Positions 33,201 through 38,795 of a stretch of 60,331 nt of DNA are shown piece after piece (position 1 is the stretch's first letter; each line of letters opens with the position of its first letter). The notes under the pieces are model-generated. The model was not told the origin of the DNA. It did not search any database and saw only the letters and a list, made by a program, of their open reading frames with translations. The stretch is from positions 1 through 60,331 of the IMG/VR virus record IMGVR_UViG_3300025120_000050; one strand, written 5' to 3'. A program made the position numbers and the translations under genes. Source of the stretch: a virus (lineage: Duplodnaviria > Caudoviricetes).

Positions 33201-33318
33201 TTTCAACAGACAGATAATATTGTTCTAAAAATTTTCCCAACAAAGGAAAATCATCCTGAATGTACCCAGGAAGCTGGTCTGATACAATGTCTTGTACTTG
33301 TACTCTATCTGTGTTCAT
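21244..33318 (-). CDS. gp7: Baseplate wedge initiator (gp7-like), 4024 aa
   Basis: QLPGYI..FLEQYY, FYDAKGT..LFQALYG, HSPIIGWAYDGHPIYGPYG, YYQNFSY..HTAGF; lies between gp6 and gp8. Confidence 0.88.
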   Translation of the reverse strand: MNTDRVQVQDIVSDQLPGYIQDDFPLLGKFLEQYYLSVENNGGSLNILNNIDQYVKVDNLYDIKTSTGLASTISFVDDTITTELDTNFTYGFPERNGLIKIDNEIIFYGKKTQTTFTDCVRGFSGIVSYTSPNKPDELVFENSFSATHAAGSKIENLSVLFLEEFFNKVKNQFVPGFSGRDLFSGLDQRNFIFGAKSFYDAKGTDRALKILFQALYGDEVNIVKPSEFLIKPSTADYSVTKDFVIEPILGDPFELKNRTIQQLRTGAKGTVTNVQKVIYNNDQYLQISIDIGYQRDINLDGSIFGTFESIPSTKVLNNVSVGQTTIDVDSTIGFPNSGELISFNVGNEEFDFTYGSKNDNQFLDITGITTNIADTTSVFFDDYASTINDDIRFRISTTLTDLIIDDSTYYFNKDDVAELQSLGIDGNSLPVNNLINNLKFKWRIQNVEEIDISERKYIITTFDDTYLKRGYSLEILRDSEVITEGNVLKNLGSDRFEILLSSIPDSFSGELVARNKILKGNYKNHPEINQSFTNIVNSYQKFNGDTILSSNSFPTYGNNDLIETNDKVIIFSSSNVSGDTFTFSSEHGLYTGDAVYYSPTLERIETFVLNGVQQYEDRVTKFSNIDEGVYFVKRIGRDNSRSFKIARSKSDLFDNKFISPGGTVTNNKFTYQPFYNKKVSPQEIYREVKTPIKNKDGYDTYSGKIGMFNNGVEILNYKSDDIVYFGDIKSIDVVDRGDGFDIINPPVVHISDGVGVGATAKSAVIGRLEEIRISDTGFDYVQDPIVTITGGNPVVPAQVQVETIDLVHGVNFLSESSSGLTTSITIGVGSSAHRIGFSTSHKFYTGEKIIYLTNGGRNISGISTFNHYFVEVVDDKNIRLHSTSSNARIGINTLTITDYGTGLQTIQSFDKKKIVSKCHILNPGEGYKNKERNIAGVTTSTNTIFIEKHGYQTGEKIRYSPSTVNISGIVSNTDYYVQKIDNDRFNLSQIGTGSTINYFLNNNVYVSLGSTGNGTFNYEPISVSINGVLGISTLSGQDFNAKIQPVFRGSIDFIEVINGGSNYGSPEIINFNRTPEIELKSGSGAQVTPIINNGRIVSVIVNDGGKDYNCPPNIKINGNGQFAKLTPIVRDNKLVEIKVINGGVGFDNKSSLTIESPVTAERLDINIHQWTVNLFEKSIDIIGEDDGVICNSFNNESLQYSHLYAPRELRRKLNPISDFEVLYGVDDLELDPVNKSELNSKYHSPIIGWAYDGHPIYGPYGYENSDGGSVKLIESGYKLNITSNNRPSLSFYPEGFFVEDFEFNGNGDLDEHNGRYSVTPDFPFGSYAYFATIESVNSSFGLFNKFKAPKFPYIVGNTFNSQPNTFNYRKSSNQKDFNFAGTGYFRNTNPYNFVSKYSGYDYIFDSNNLKKQSFIIGSASIGGVESIKILSGGDNYQVGDKINFDNKNSGGLGANAKIKNVKGKAVVSAATSSTEIDVEFALEGINESRFIGFSTVPHNLKSGTLVNVGSISKTLPGFGGNYFIGVRTDSFNLNLGVGNTSVTGLTTYFYVTGILDYPTIRPNDILQISAERIKVLNIDSLSGRIRVVREQDGTVGTSYSTLTSIVEDPRKFTFNVGSIKSTTTFNLNEEIYFEPEEAIGVGTAVGTATTITFKNPAIGVTAVTLQSQQIYLPNHKLNLNDIVSYNNFTGTAVSTWNGTTDTYNLLSDYSILYVAPITNNLIGIATNKVGLASTGGGYSGLGTSTGLLFFPGFGTGDFHSFKTVKTDVVTGKIGIHTVTVSTASTHGLENNNKVFFDLKPKSTKTIDVRYNDYNRRVVFDPKTFTSNDVNVVENTIKIINHKFNTGDKIVYNASTVISGLIDQKMYYVVIYGEDKIKLCSEKIDVSNKNFVKFSSANAGTVSRINPYVSVLKNQKLKFDLSDSSLGFINSGVSYSAFDLKIYSDLNYTNEFLTSGEDEIFEVVKTGTIGVSTDASLIIDFNDSFKKSNLWYRFVGDNQEILPAVKSEIVSDVNVFSNNQIDLVNSIFYGLKTISGIGTTTFTFSIPEKPENENYNVNNASISYTTDSKTAYGVIESIQVFNTGSSYELVPGISSITSHMGSGAILEPQSKSIGEILSYTFDTNNIGFGYPSDITLRPIVNLPEILKIEPLSSFDFIGITSSGKNYLKAPKLIVIDGFTQKVIDDVDLQYDIGDTSVSIVKNTTGIYNTKPTLIPTNNTNGVGISSVTYNSTLQIVRLHFNTTFSDASDYPFAVGKKILVENINLGFNTTGRGYNSSDFNFALFEVTNSVPQLGGPGGYIEYSLENYLSITENPGVALLPSLGRVIPEDHFPLFDVKFSPNEFSKGEMCTSGGVEGKVLSWNSNIEILKISTSNEIKVGDLIQGNSSKTQGIVSRKINFNAESKTGAGATVYNGWKDDVGFLNDSFQKIPNNEYYQNFSYAVKSKIPFDTWNPAVNALNHTAGFVKFGDLQIVSILDDVTQNILQTSDSNIETIVDIQTLVDLNCVYNFDYVRETHEFINGGLYSNEILFESSILSDYFESVGNRVLSIDDFSSSFNSNERPDSFSSIGDFTSNMKYNKIFAYVKDRTFTDERQFSILSLAQDDNFGYLDEYAILDSKLDLGHYSYRVTSSGWDLTFNPNKFEVNNYDTSIINIAAIDDYTGVGSITAVGTAVSTSSQQNTVSVGTTTNIVSIATSYRSGKVLLMLEDSNDNYLGNELTFLHDGTTVHLLEYGGIGDNSNATFTGFGTYNSYLSGNNVKIDFIPDANTTALTANAQITAISASETGIGTVALDVGRFRSTYKSISSSSTPGFTTVATLSEPYDSGYYFINVTNSTNNVYESFELGVLRQGLETSAEFVEYANVSTGSTIGEVNISENGTDLSITYKAKPSINVQVRTYAIDLQTYDDNTNTTQIDYFNWKVNSDNGSYRGTKLDITKDFNLLHEGKQIFRRVIDGSNPSIANTSLDLVKIPEHFFVTGEELVYSNSGAGTSQSIGITSATVPGIGLTDKLPTKLFAVKVDDGSLRFAATAEKSLLINPETFDFTNVGYGDSHVFTAKNQNTKTLLTIDNMIQSPVVGSSVTTALASSIIFDTRFTTIGITSFFAGDLVQINDEIMKVTDIGVGNDNAIGVLREQLGTTLVQHGIGSTITKLIGNFNIAGNIISFAAAPFGNVPIGSITNPPDSRDFSGITTRSSFHGRTFMRNVAQKTSAETYSTNYIFDDISTQFTGIKSDFILKSQSSNVTGISTGNGIVLINGIFQLPRGEQPELNNYTIIEDAGISTITFSGLIQPEGYDPSKGNLPTGGVIVSVGNTAGFAYQPLVSAGGTGIISGLGTISSVSIGNSGSGYRSGIQTTVNVSVALSEGYPPIQTLGTANISNGNIVSVAITNPGTGFTTSDPPLILFDSPLSYENIPLEYHSSSLAGVGRSATVDIVVGQGSSVIDFKINSYGYAYGNNEILTIPTGGTTGIPTNTSLTFEDFTLTIQDVYTDNFNGWSLGQFQIFDSFASEFNGEERSFRLTVNEEAISIVSAKGSLIDVEQTLIIFINDVLQKPGSAFIFNGGSIVEFAEAPKVGDTVKVIYYKGTGDDIDVVFRDVLQTVKPGDSLDINYNPRSGQSYFLDQEERIVTGINTVDSVQTTLYNGPGITSDTLLQRPVTWCKQTKDLVINSKKIGKDREIYEPLSRPSSYLITSVGVGSTECYVNNLVPAFNPKNEIGNTSVRNKHQKIIEINDQKTLTGAAATAVVGTAGTIISFSITNPGAGYTVAPSVFVSNPAGFGGTTGRAEATSLISAAGTVTSVTVSYGGTTTGLAYTSTNPPSVLIESPPLIREKINITEYKGDYGVIVGILTAKSGSQNTIQFDTYIPRYSFMRDTNVGSGVTVSGISTGDYFVLNGTSLSVGSTFAAQDSSGGTTVGVGTTALDCVYQVKSFIDRNITVYVEDTSGVTTSVRTLTVNVDRIPVGIGSTSGHEIGNYSWGKITFDDRTKPKSFPAHTLSGIGSAYSDTGISTSSLVRRFNPLKFKAYSV

Positions 33319-33321
33319 TTA

Positions 33322-35439
33322 TTAATATCCGTATCCTGATCCACCACCTGATCCACCACTAGAAGGTGTTGATGGTGAAGTAGTTGAAGGTGTTGATGGT
33401 GTTGAAGTAGTTGTTACAGTGCCAGTTGTTGTTCCCACTACTGTAGAAGAAGTTGTTGTACTATCTATCTGAGTTATAGGAGTGCTATATGAAGGTTCAC
33501 CTCTAACTAAACTATCCATGTCAAAACTTCCTGATACAACATAATTGCTACCAGATATATCCCCACCATCTGATATTGAGTCCAAAACTGTATCAATTTT
33601 TACAAAAGGCATATCAATTTGCAGATATAAATCCTGAAGTCCAACTACATCATTTGAATATGGTGTTGCTGATATTTCAATTAATGGAGAATTTCTATTT
33701 ACTGATGTATCAATTATTTTAATAGCAGTCAATTTAAGTTCTCCCTTAACATAATCAATAGTTCCAATATTTGATTTTACAATTACTGGTTCTGTGGATG
33801 AATTAAGTTTGAATAATAATAATGTACCAGTGGTTAAATCACTATTTGCTCTATCCCCAAGATAAACTGTATCACTTATTCCACTAACTTTAAATCCAGA
33901 AGATCTAATATTATATCCTAAAATTCTTCCACCATGTATTGGTGAATGTCCATGATTTCTTACAAAAAATCTATTACCAAAACAAATTTCATATTGAGCA
34001 AATTGATTGAATTTTACTTCAAGATCTCTTCTCATTTCAACTTTAGTCACATTAGATGTTATTGATCTGTGACTATCATCAATAACTTTTTGAAATTTAC
34101 TATATTTAAATCTACCACCAAACTTATTAATTTCTGTTGATTTAGAATATCTCTGAATATTATCTAATACTTGAGAACTAACTATTGAAGAACCAGGAGT
34201 AAGATTACTATTATAATATACACTTGACTTTGCTTCAATATAAAGATACTTTAAATCAATAATTTCAGGAATAATACCTGCAACAGAGTATTTTTTTAAA
34301 TTATTTAAAATGTTTCTCTTAACAGTAGAAGATAAATGTGTTCCATTTTCTGGTTTTACACTGATAAAAACCTTTCCATATTGAGGTGGATTTAAATCTT
34401 CTCCACCAAATGCTGATACAGATTCAGTTTCAGGATATACTTTTGGAATAATCGCTTCATAATCAGATGATGTTACTGCTCTATTTCTTGTTGAATATAT
34501 TTGTGTAGAATATTTTCTAATTGATTCAACACTTTCAATATCACCACCACCCTGAGATGATTGATTAACTGATACAACTGAAACTCCTGTGGTCACTGCA
34601 GAACCATTTTGATCTAATAATCTACCATTAAACGCGAAGTCAGCAATACCATCTGCAGGAGCTCCATCAGTAACGATGTAATCAGCTAAAATATATCCAA
34701 GATTACCTTCAGTTAATTTCTTTCCAAATATTCCATCACCAAATAAAAGTTCATATCTTTCATTTAAAACTTCTTGTAAGAAATACACTCTTGAAGATGA
34801 ATCAATATCATACAAACTATCTACTTTATTAAACAATTCTTTAACAGTACTTGTTTCATTAGGTTTAAGTGTTACCCTAATAAGATCTGTATCAATACCA
34901 GAATTACCTAAGATATACTTTTTATTTGGTATTCTTGGATCAACTGTAAAATTTTCTTGAACATAAAGTCCTTGATATATTGAGATATTATTAAATCTTG
35001 CTTTTCCGTCTGAATCTACCTTAACAGATTCTTCTCTATTAATTGAAAAGACATAATTTGTCCCACCAAATAATTGATTAGTAGTACAAACTGGACCAGG
35101 TTGTAATGTTATAGTTGAAACATTACTTGAAGCTCCAATATTTACTTCAAATGATACAATTGCAGTAGAAGCTTTTCTAGATTTTGGAATATAACCAATG
35201 TTTCTTGCTAAGGAAACAATATTTTCTCTTAAAGTTGCGCTATCAATAAACACTTCATTAGACAACATATTAGCGTTGTATGATGAAATGTAAGTATTAT
35301 ATGCTAAGATATCAATTACTTGTGATAAATTAGATCCTTCAAAATCATAATCAGTGAAATTGCTATTCGCCTTTAAATAGTCTCTTATAGAGACTTTTAT
35401 TTGATCAAAGTTTAGATTACTTAAATTGACTAAAGGCAT
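33322..35439 (-). CDS. gp6: Baseplate wedge subunit (gp6-like)
   Basis: LNFDQIK..FTDYDFEGSNLS..DILAYNTY..FIDSATLRENIVSLARNIGY; NRAVTSSDY; PPQYGKVFIS. Confidence 0.96.
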   Translation of the reverse strand: MPLVNLSNLNFDQIKVSIRDYLKANSNFTDYDFEGSNLSQVIDILAYNTYISSYNANMLSNEVFIDSATLRENIVSLARNIGYIPKSRKASTAIVSFEVNIGASSNVSTITLQPGPVCTTNQLFGGTNYVFSINREESVKVDSDGKARFNNISIYQGLYVQENFTVDPRIPNKKYILGNSGIDTDLIRVTLKPNETSTVKELFNKVDSLYDIDSSSRVYFLQEVLNERYELLFGDGIFGKKLTEGNLGYILADYIVTDGAPADGIADFAFNGRLLDQNGSAVTTGVSVVSVNQSSQGGGDIESVESIRKYSTQIYSTRNRAVTSSDYEAIIPKVYPETESVSAFGGEDLNPPQYGKVFISVKPENGTHLSSTVKRNILNNLKKYSVAGIIPEIIDLKYLYIEAKSSVYYNSNLTPGSSIVSSQVLDNIQRYSKSTEINKFGGRFKYSKFQKVIDDSHRSITSNVTKVEMRRDLEVKFNQFAQYEICFGNRFFVRNHGHSPIHGGRILGYNIRSSGFKVSGISDTVYLGDRANSDLTTGTLLLFKLNSSTEPVIVKSNIGTIDYVKGELKLTAIKIIDTSVNRNSPLIEISATPYSNDVVGLQDLYLQIDMPFVKIDTVLDSISDGGDISGSNYVVSGSFDMDSLVRGEPSYSTPITQIDSTTTSSTVVGTTTGTVTTTSTPSTPSTTSPSTPSSGGSGGGSGYGY

Positions 35440-35841
35440 TTATCTGGTTGATTCTAGGGAAAAGTTTAATTCCTGTGCAGGAACTGGAAGTCCAATAATA
35501 GTATATTGAATACCTATCTGATATAATAGAGCATCAACTTTAGGTGTAACAGTAACTTTACTAACTTTGATCCTAGGTTCAAAATTTGTTAAAGTATTAA
35601 TTATTTCACTTTTAATTGCTGTTGATGTAAATTTATCAATAGGTTCAAACAATAAGTTATTAATATTTGAACCTAATACAGGATTAAATGGTCTTTCACC
35701 AGGAACTGTAAGAATAAGATTGCGTACAGATCTTGCTATAGCATTAGTGTTCTTTAAAACAATCATATCTCTATTGATAGGATTAACTTTAAATGTAGCA
35801 CTGATATCTTTAAAAGATCTACTTACGCCTTCAATTGGCAT
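35440..35841 (-). CDS. gp25: Baseplate wedge subunit (gp25-like)
   Basis: FKDIS..SVRNLILT.PGERPFNP..GS..FEPRI. Confidence 0.95.
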   Translation of the reverse strand: MPIEGVSRSFKDISATFKVNPINRDMIVLKNTNAIARSVRNLILTVPGERPFNPVLGSNINNLLFEPIDKFTSTAIKSEIINTLTNFEPRIKVSKVTVTPKVDALLYQIGIQYTIIGLPVPAQELNFSLESTR

Positions 35842-35862
35842 TAATACCCTATATTCTTAAGT

Positions 35863-35869
35863 TATTTAG
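35863..35869 (-). promoter_or_regulatory. Late promoter-like motif (CTAAATA)
   Basis: Immediately upstream of the gp25-gp6-gp7 run. Confidence 0.55.
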
Positions 35870-35871
35870 TA

Positions 35872-36105
35872 TCAATCTTCATAGATTCTACACTCATCAG
35901 TTTCAGGATTTTCATCACAATACATTTCTAATGCTGAGGGATCATGGTGGTCACCTGCAGCAATATCTTTTGCATGTTCTTCAGCATAATGCTCAAGATG
36001 TTCTAATTCATCTTGAGTGTGACGCCTTTTCTGTGGGGAGATTGTAGAATCATCTAAAATTTCCTTATCAGTTTGGATATGCTTCTCTATTGATTCCATC
36101 GTCAT
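35872..36105 (-). CDS. cp12: CP12 Calvin-cycle inhibitor (phage auxiliary metabolic gene)
   Basis: C-terminal LEMYCDENPETDECRIYED CP12 signature; N-terminal SIEKHI..D..RRH..EL typical of picocyanobacterial/cyanophage CP12. Confidence 0.9.
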   Translation of the reverse strand: MTMESIEKHIQTDKEILDDSTISPQKRRHTQDELEHLEHYAEEHAKDIAAGDHHDPSALEMYCDENPETDECRIYED

Positions 36106-36775
36106 TTTTGTTTTCTGTACTATTATTTAACCGTTCTTTACTGGTTTTCCAGAAGTAACTGTCTTGATCCCCTAACCCCATTCTTTCATAACCATTTTCA
36201 ACTTGATAGTATTCTGTGGAAACTTTAAAGTCAGGGGTTAGTGGATTTTCAGGAGTTAGACTATTGTCATAAATCCTTGTCCTATTATTAGGATACAGTG
36301 CATACTGTCCATTAACAAGTTCTATTAAATTGTGTGACTTATGTTCTGCAGGATTTTCACTAGTAGCATAATCAATAACATCAGGATCTTGATGATAGTT
36401 ATCTAAAGTACAAACGTAATTGCCCTTCATGGTCCCATGATCCCTTGTATAGATCTCATAGTCCATAGATCCTATAAACTGCTTTGTGACTGCTACAACC
36501 CCATAATCCATACAGTTCCAGAATTGAAGGTTCTGTAGATTCATATCTGGATCAGGCAGTTCAGGTTCACTTAAGAAAGCACTAATTGGTAACTTGTCAT
36601 ACATTGCACCATAGTCTGGTAAATATGTTTCAAAATAAAATGCCCTACCAGGAATACTCTTAGCACTAACCCAAACACCTTTTACAAATTCACCATGACC
36701 ACTTTGATGGTCAGTTAGATATTCTTTTCGTACCCATACTTCTACAGAGGGTAAATTACAAATTAAACAAGACAT
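36068..36775 (-). CDS. Hypothetical protein of a type seen in cyanophages
   Basis: Long clean ORF (NLP..WVRKEYL.DH..GHGEF..GA.YDKLPISAF..EHKSHN..YPNNR); function unknown. Confidence 0.8.
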   Translation of the reverse strand: MSCLICNLPSVEVWVRKEYLTDHQSGHGEFVKGVWVSAKSIPGRAFYFETYLPDYGAMYDKLPISAFLSEPELPDPDMNLQNLQFWNCMDYGVVAVTKQFIGSMDYEIYTRDHGTMKGNYVCTLDNYHQDPDVIDYATSENPAEHKSHNLIELVNGQYALYPNNRTRIYDNSLTPENPLTPDFKVSTEYYQVENGYERMGLGDQDSYFWKTSKERLNNSTENKNDDGINREAYPN

Positions 36776-36817
36776 ATAGAGTTACGGAGAGATTTTCGCG
36801 CATATTATCTATCATTA

Positions 36818-36847
36818 AAAAAAGAAGAGGTCTAAACAACCCCTCCT
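36818..36847 (-). terminator. Putative intrinsic terminator
   Basis: Minus strand GGAGGGG-loop-CCTCTTC (G-U pairs) followed by a T-run. Confidence 0.45.
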
Positions 36848-37062
36848 TAATAATCAGAATCTGCAACACACATACCTAAACATCTGATATTATTTGTTGC
36901 AGTTCTTTTACAGTGTTGACAAAGAATCTTTGATTCTTCAATCTTATCTTCCTTGTCCTCTGTATCTTTTTTTTGCATTGTTACTACTAGTGGATGCATA
37001 CTTTGTATGTTTCCCTGCTCCTTGTCTTGTTTTCTTGGGTTGTGCTTCAATGAAATCACCAC
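36847..37062 (-). CDS. Possible small Cys-rich peptide (start uncertain; only the last ~30 codons are likely real)
   Basis: CQHCKRTATNNIRCLGMCVADSDY C-terminus; the 5' part overlaps a better ORF in another frame. Confidence 0.35.
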   Translation of the reverse strand: MVISLKHNPRKQDKEQGNIQSMHPLVVTMQKKDTEDKEDKIEESKILCQHCKRTATNNIRCLGMCVADSDY

Positions 37063-37090
37063 CCATCAAACTCTTCTTAACTTTTGCCAT
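36944..37090 (-). CDS. Small basic protein (48 aa)
   Basis: Manual translation: MAKVKKSLMGGDFIEAQPKKTRQGAGKHTKYASTSSNNAKKRYRGQGR; starts 11 nt after the upstream stop. Confidence 0.8.
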   Translation of the reverse strand: MAKVKKSLMGGDFIEAQPKKTRQGAGKHTKYASTSSNNAKKRYRGQGR

Positions 37091-37101
37091 AATTTAATAA
37101 A

Positions 37102-37887
37102 TCAAATAACTCTGTTCTTCTCATGACCAACTCTGATACGTGGATCACACCAAATATCAAATCCTGCCTCAATTGCATCTAAACAGAATGAGACATCCTC
37201 CCCACACATGTCCTGGACTGCACCAGATTCAAATACTTGCATCTTGGGGGCAAACCATGGGTATTTCATCTCCTCATGCTCAAAGACTCCCTTCTGAATC
37301 ATTACCCATCCAAATCCTGTGTAGTCAACAGTAAATGGTTTCTTACGCTTACTGATGCCATCTACCATCTCATGATTCATTACACCACCATTGTTTCGGA
37401 AATCATCCTCATCCAACCAGTGTGCTACTGATGTTGTACGTCCATCTTCTGTACTATACCATCCTGCAACAATCTCCTTATTCTCTCCTTCTGCTGGTAC
37501 TGCCATGTCACATAGCTGCCAGAACTTGTCTGTATTAAACACAATATCACTATCAATCCATAACTGATAGTCATACTCTAACTTACCATCCCATGGCACC
37601 TGATCTGGTCCACGCAATACATTAGCACCTAAACACTTACATCTTGCAAAGTTTACCATGGATGAGTAATCTTGACTGATCTGAATACTCATTCCATTTT
37701 GTACAATATCAAAACACAATTGTACAAAATTCTTCAGAAAGACATATGAGACACCACGTCCTGGTAAGCAAAATACAATGGTCTTTCCTCTCATCCTTTC
37801 TTTGATTGCCTGGAAATCCCACTCTGGGGGTTTCTCCTTAGTACTACTCACAGGCGTCTTCGCCTTTACAGTAAATCCTTTTGCCAT
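37102..37887 (-). CDS. GT-A fold glycosyltransferase-like protein
   Basis: DYQLWIDSDIVF (DxD), VDYTGFGWVMI, GEDVSFC, D..I.VGH.K motifs. Confidence 0.8.
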   Translation of the reverse strand: MAKGFTVKAKTPVSSTKEKPPEWDFQAIKERMRGKTIVFCLPGRGVSYVFLKNFVQLCFDIVQNGMSIQISQDYSSMVNFARCKCLGANVLRGPDQVPWDGKLEYDYQLWIDSDIVFNTDKFWQLCDMAVPAEGENKEIVAGWYSTEDGRTTSVAHWLDEDDFRNNGGVMNHEMVDGISKRKKPFTVDYTGFGWVMIQKGVFEHEEMKYPWFAPKMQVFESGAVQDMCGEDVSFCLDAIEAGFDIWCDPRIRVGHEKNRVI

Positions 37888-37910
37888 GATTGATAATTCA
37901 CTACAACTTC

Positions 37911-37939
37911 AGTTTAACAGTATATCTATGTCTTGTCAA
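37911..37939 (-). promoter_or_regulatory. Sigma70-type promoter for the glycosyltransferase
   Basis: TTGACA (37939-37934), 17 nt, TGtTAAACT (-10 at 37916-37911). Confidence 0.75.
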
Positions 37940-38142
37940 TAAGACGACTCATCAATTTCATGGGTGGTTTTCTCCACCTTTTCATATGAAAGATCTTCTT
38001 CCTCATAATTAGTGGTCATCAATCCTACCATCGCTTTCATTGAATTCCAGTGTATCTCAAATTGATTCTCTGTTAAACAATTATATACACATTTGTCCTT
38101 CAAGTATATGTGGTAAAAATTTTCAGCAGAAATTTTTTTCAT
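37936..38142 (-). CDS. Hypothetical protein
   Basis: 68-aa ORF on the coding strand (YHIYLKDKC..L.E..F..W..DLSYE). Confidence 0.7.
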   Translation of the reverse strand: MKKISAENFYHIYLKDKCVYNCLTENQFEIHWNSMKAMVGLMTTNYEEEDLSYEKVEKTTHEIDESSY

Positions 38143-38305
38143 TAAATGGATTTTCTTTTTGAATTATATATCATCCTCATATTGACTTAGAGGGTATATA
38201 CTTTTGTAGGTTAGGGTTCCTACCCTTTTTTCGTAGGGGGGGTCGCTACGCCCTTTGGGCCACATACACATACCCTCAGAAACACTGTCTGATTCACAAT
38301 ACTGT

Positions 38306-38334
38306 ATTCTATCACATGTACTGCTAAGTGTCAA
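38306..38334 (-). promoter_or_regulatory. Sigma70-type promoter P1 (minus)
   Basis: TTGACA, 17 nt, TGaTAGAAT. Confidence 0.8.
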
Positions 38335-38366
38335 CCAGGAGGCACACAGTGGGCATCAGATAGGGG

Positions 38367-38395
38367 TTGCAGTTACTCATGATGTGTGTTAGAAT
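38367..38395 (+). promoter_or_regulatory. Sigma70-type promoter P2 (plus), divergent from P1
   Basis: TTGCAG, 17 nt, TGtTAGAAT. Confidence 0.6.
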
Positions 38396-38459
38396 AAAAT
38401 GAAAAAAGTACTTATAAAATCTATGTGGGACAAATAGATTTCTATGTGGGACACATGGA

Positions 38460-38642
38460 CTATGGAATCTGTTCTAAACCAGTGATAACCTTCTGCTGTA
38501 TTTGTCCCACATAGGTTATTCCATGTGTCCCACATAACCTCTCATATTCTTTGAGCATTTGGGACACATGAGCAACACAGGAGGATGGAACTCTGATTCT
38601 CTCAGTATGTCCCAGGTTTGGCAATTTCTTGGAGAATGGCAT
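38460..38642 (-). CDS. 60-aa putative DNA-binding (ribbon-helix-helix-like) protein
   Basis: MPFSKKLPNLGHTERIRVP beta-strand-like motif followed by two helices; own promoter P3 upstream. Confidence 0.55.
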   Translation of the reverse strand: MPFSKKLPNLGHTERIRVPSSCVAHVSQMLKEYERLCGTHGITYVGQIQQKVITGLEQIP

Positions 38643-38691
38643 AAGTCATGTGGGACACATAGGATTTGCATGATTTTCATTTGTCCCACAT

Positions 38692-38720
38692 AGATTAGCA
38701 CAGGTTTCGTAGGTTGTCAA
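38692..38720 (-). promoter_or_regulatory. Sigma70-type promoter P3 (minus), drives the 60-aa ORF
   Basis: TTGACA, 17 nt, TGcTAATCT. Confidence 0.7.
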
Positions 38721-38766
38721 CTATGTGTCCCATATAAAATCTATGTGTCCCATATGAATTTGGGTG

Positions 38767-38795
38767 TTGACATGTGAGATAAAGTGTGATATACT
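38767..38795 (+). promoter_or_regulatory. Sigma70-type promoter P4 (plus), divergent from P3
   Basis: TTGACA, 17 nt, TGaTATACT (near-perfect consensus). Confidence 0.8.

Noticed and set aside
38143-38416. tRNA gene in the GC-rich intergenic stretch
   Set aside because: No cloverleaf or T-loop GTTCRA motif recognisable; a tRNAscan-SE run would settle it.
38516-38701. 61-aa alternative-frame ORF in the repeat array
   Set aside because: Its start overlaps promoter P3 (upstream of the predicted TSS) and it overlaps the better-placed 38460-38642 ORF.
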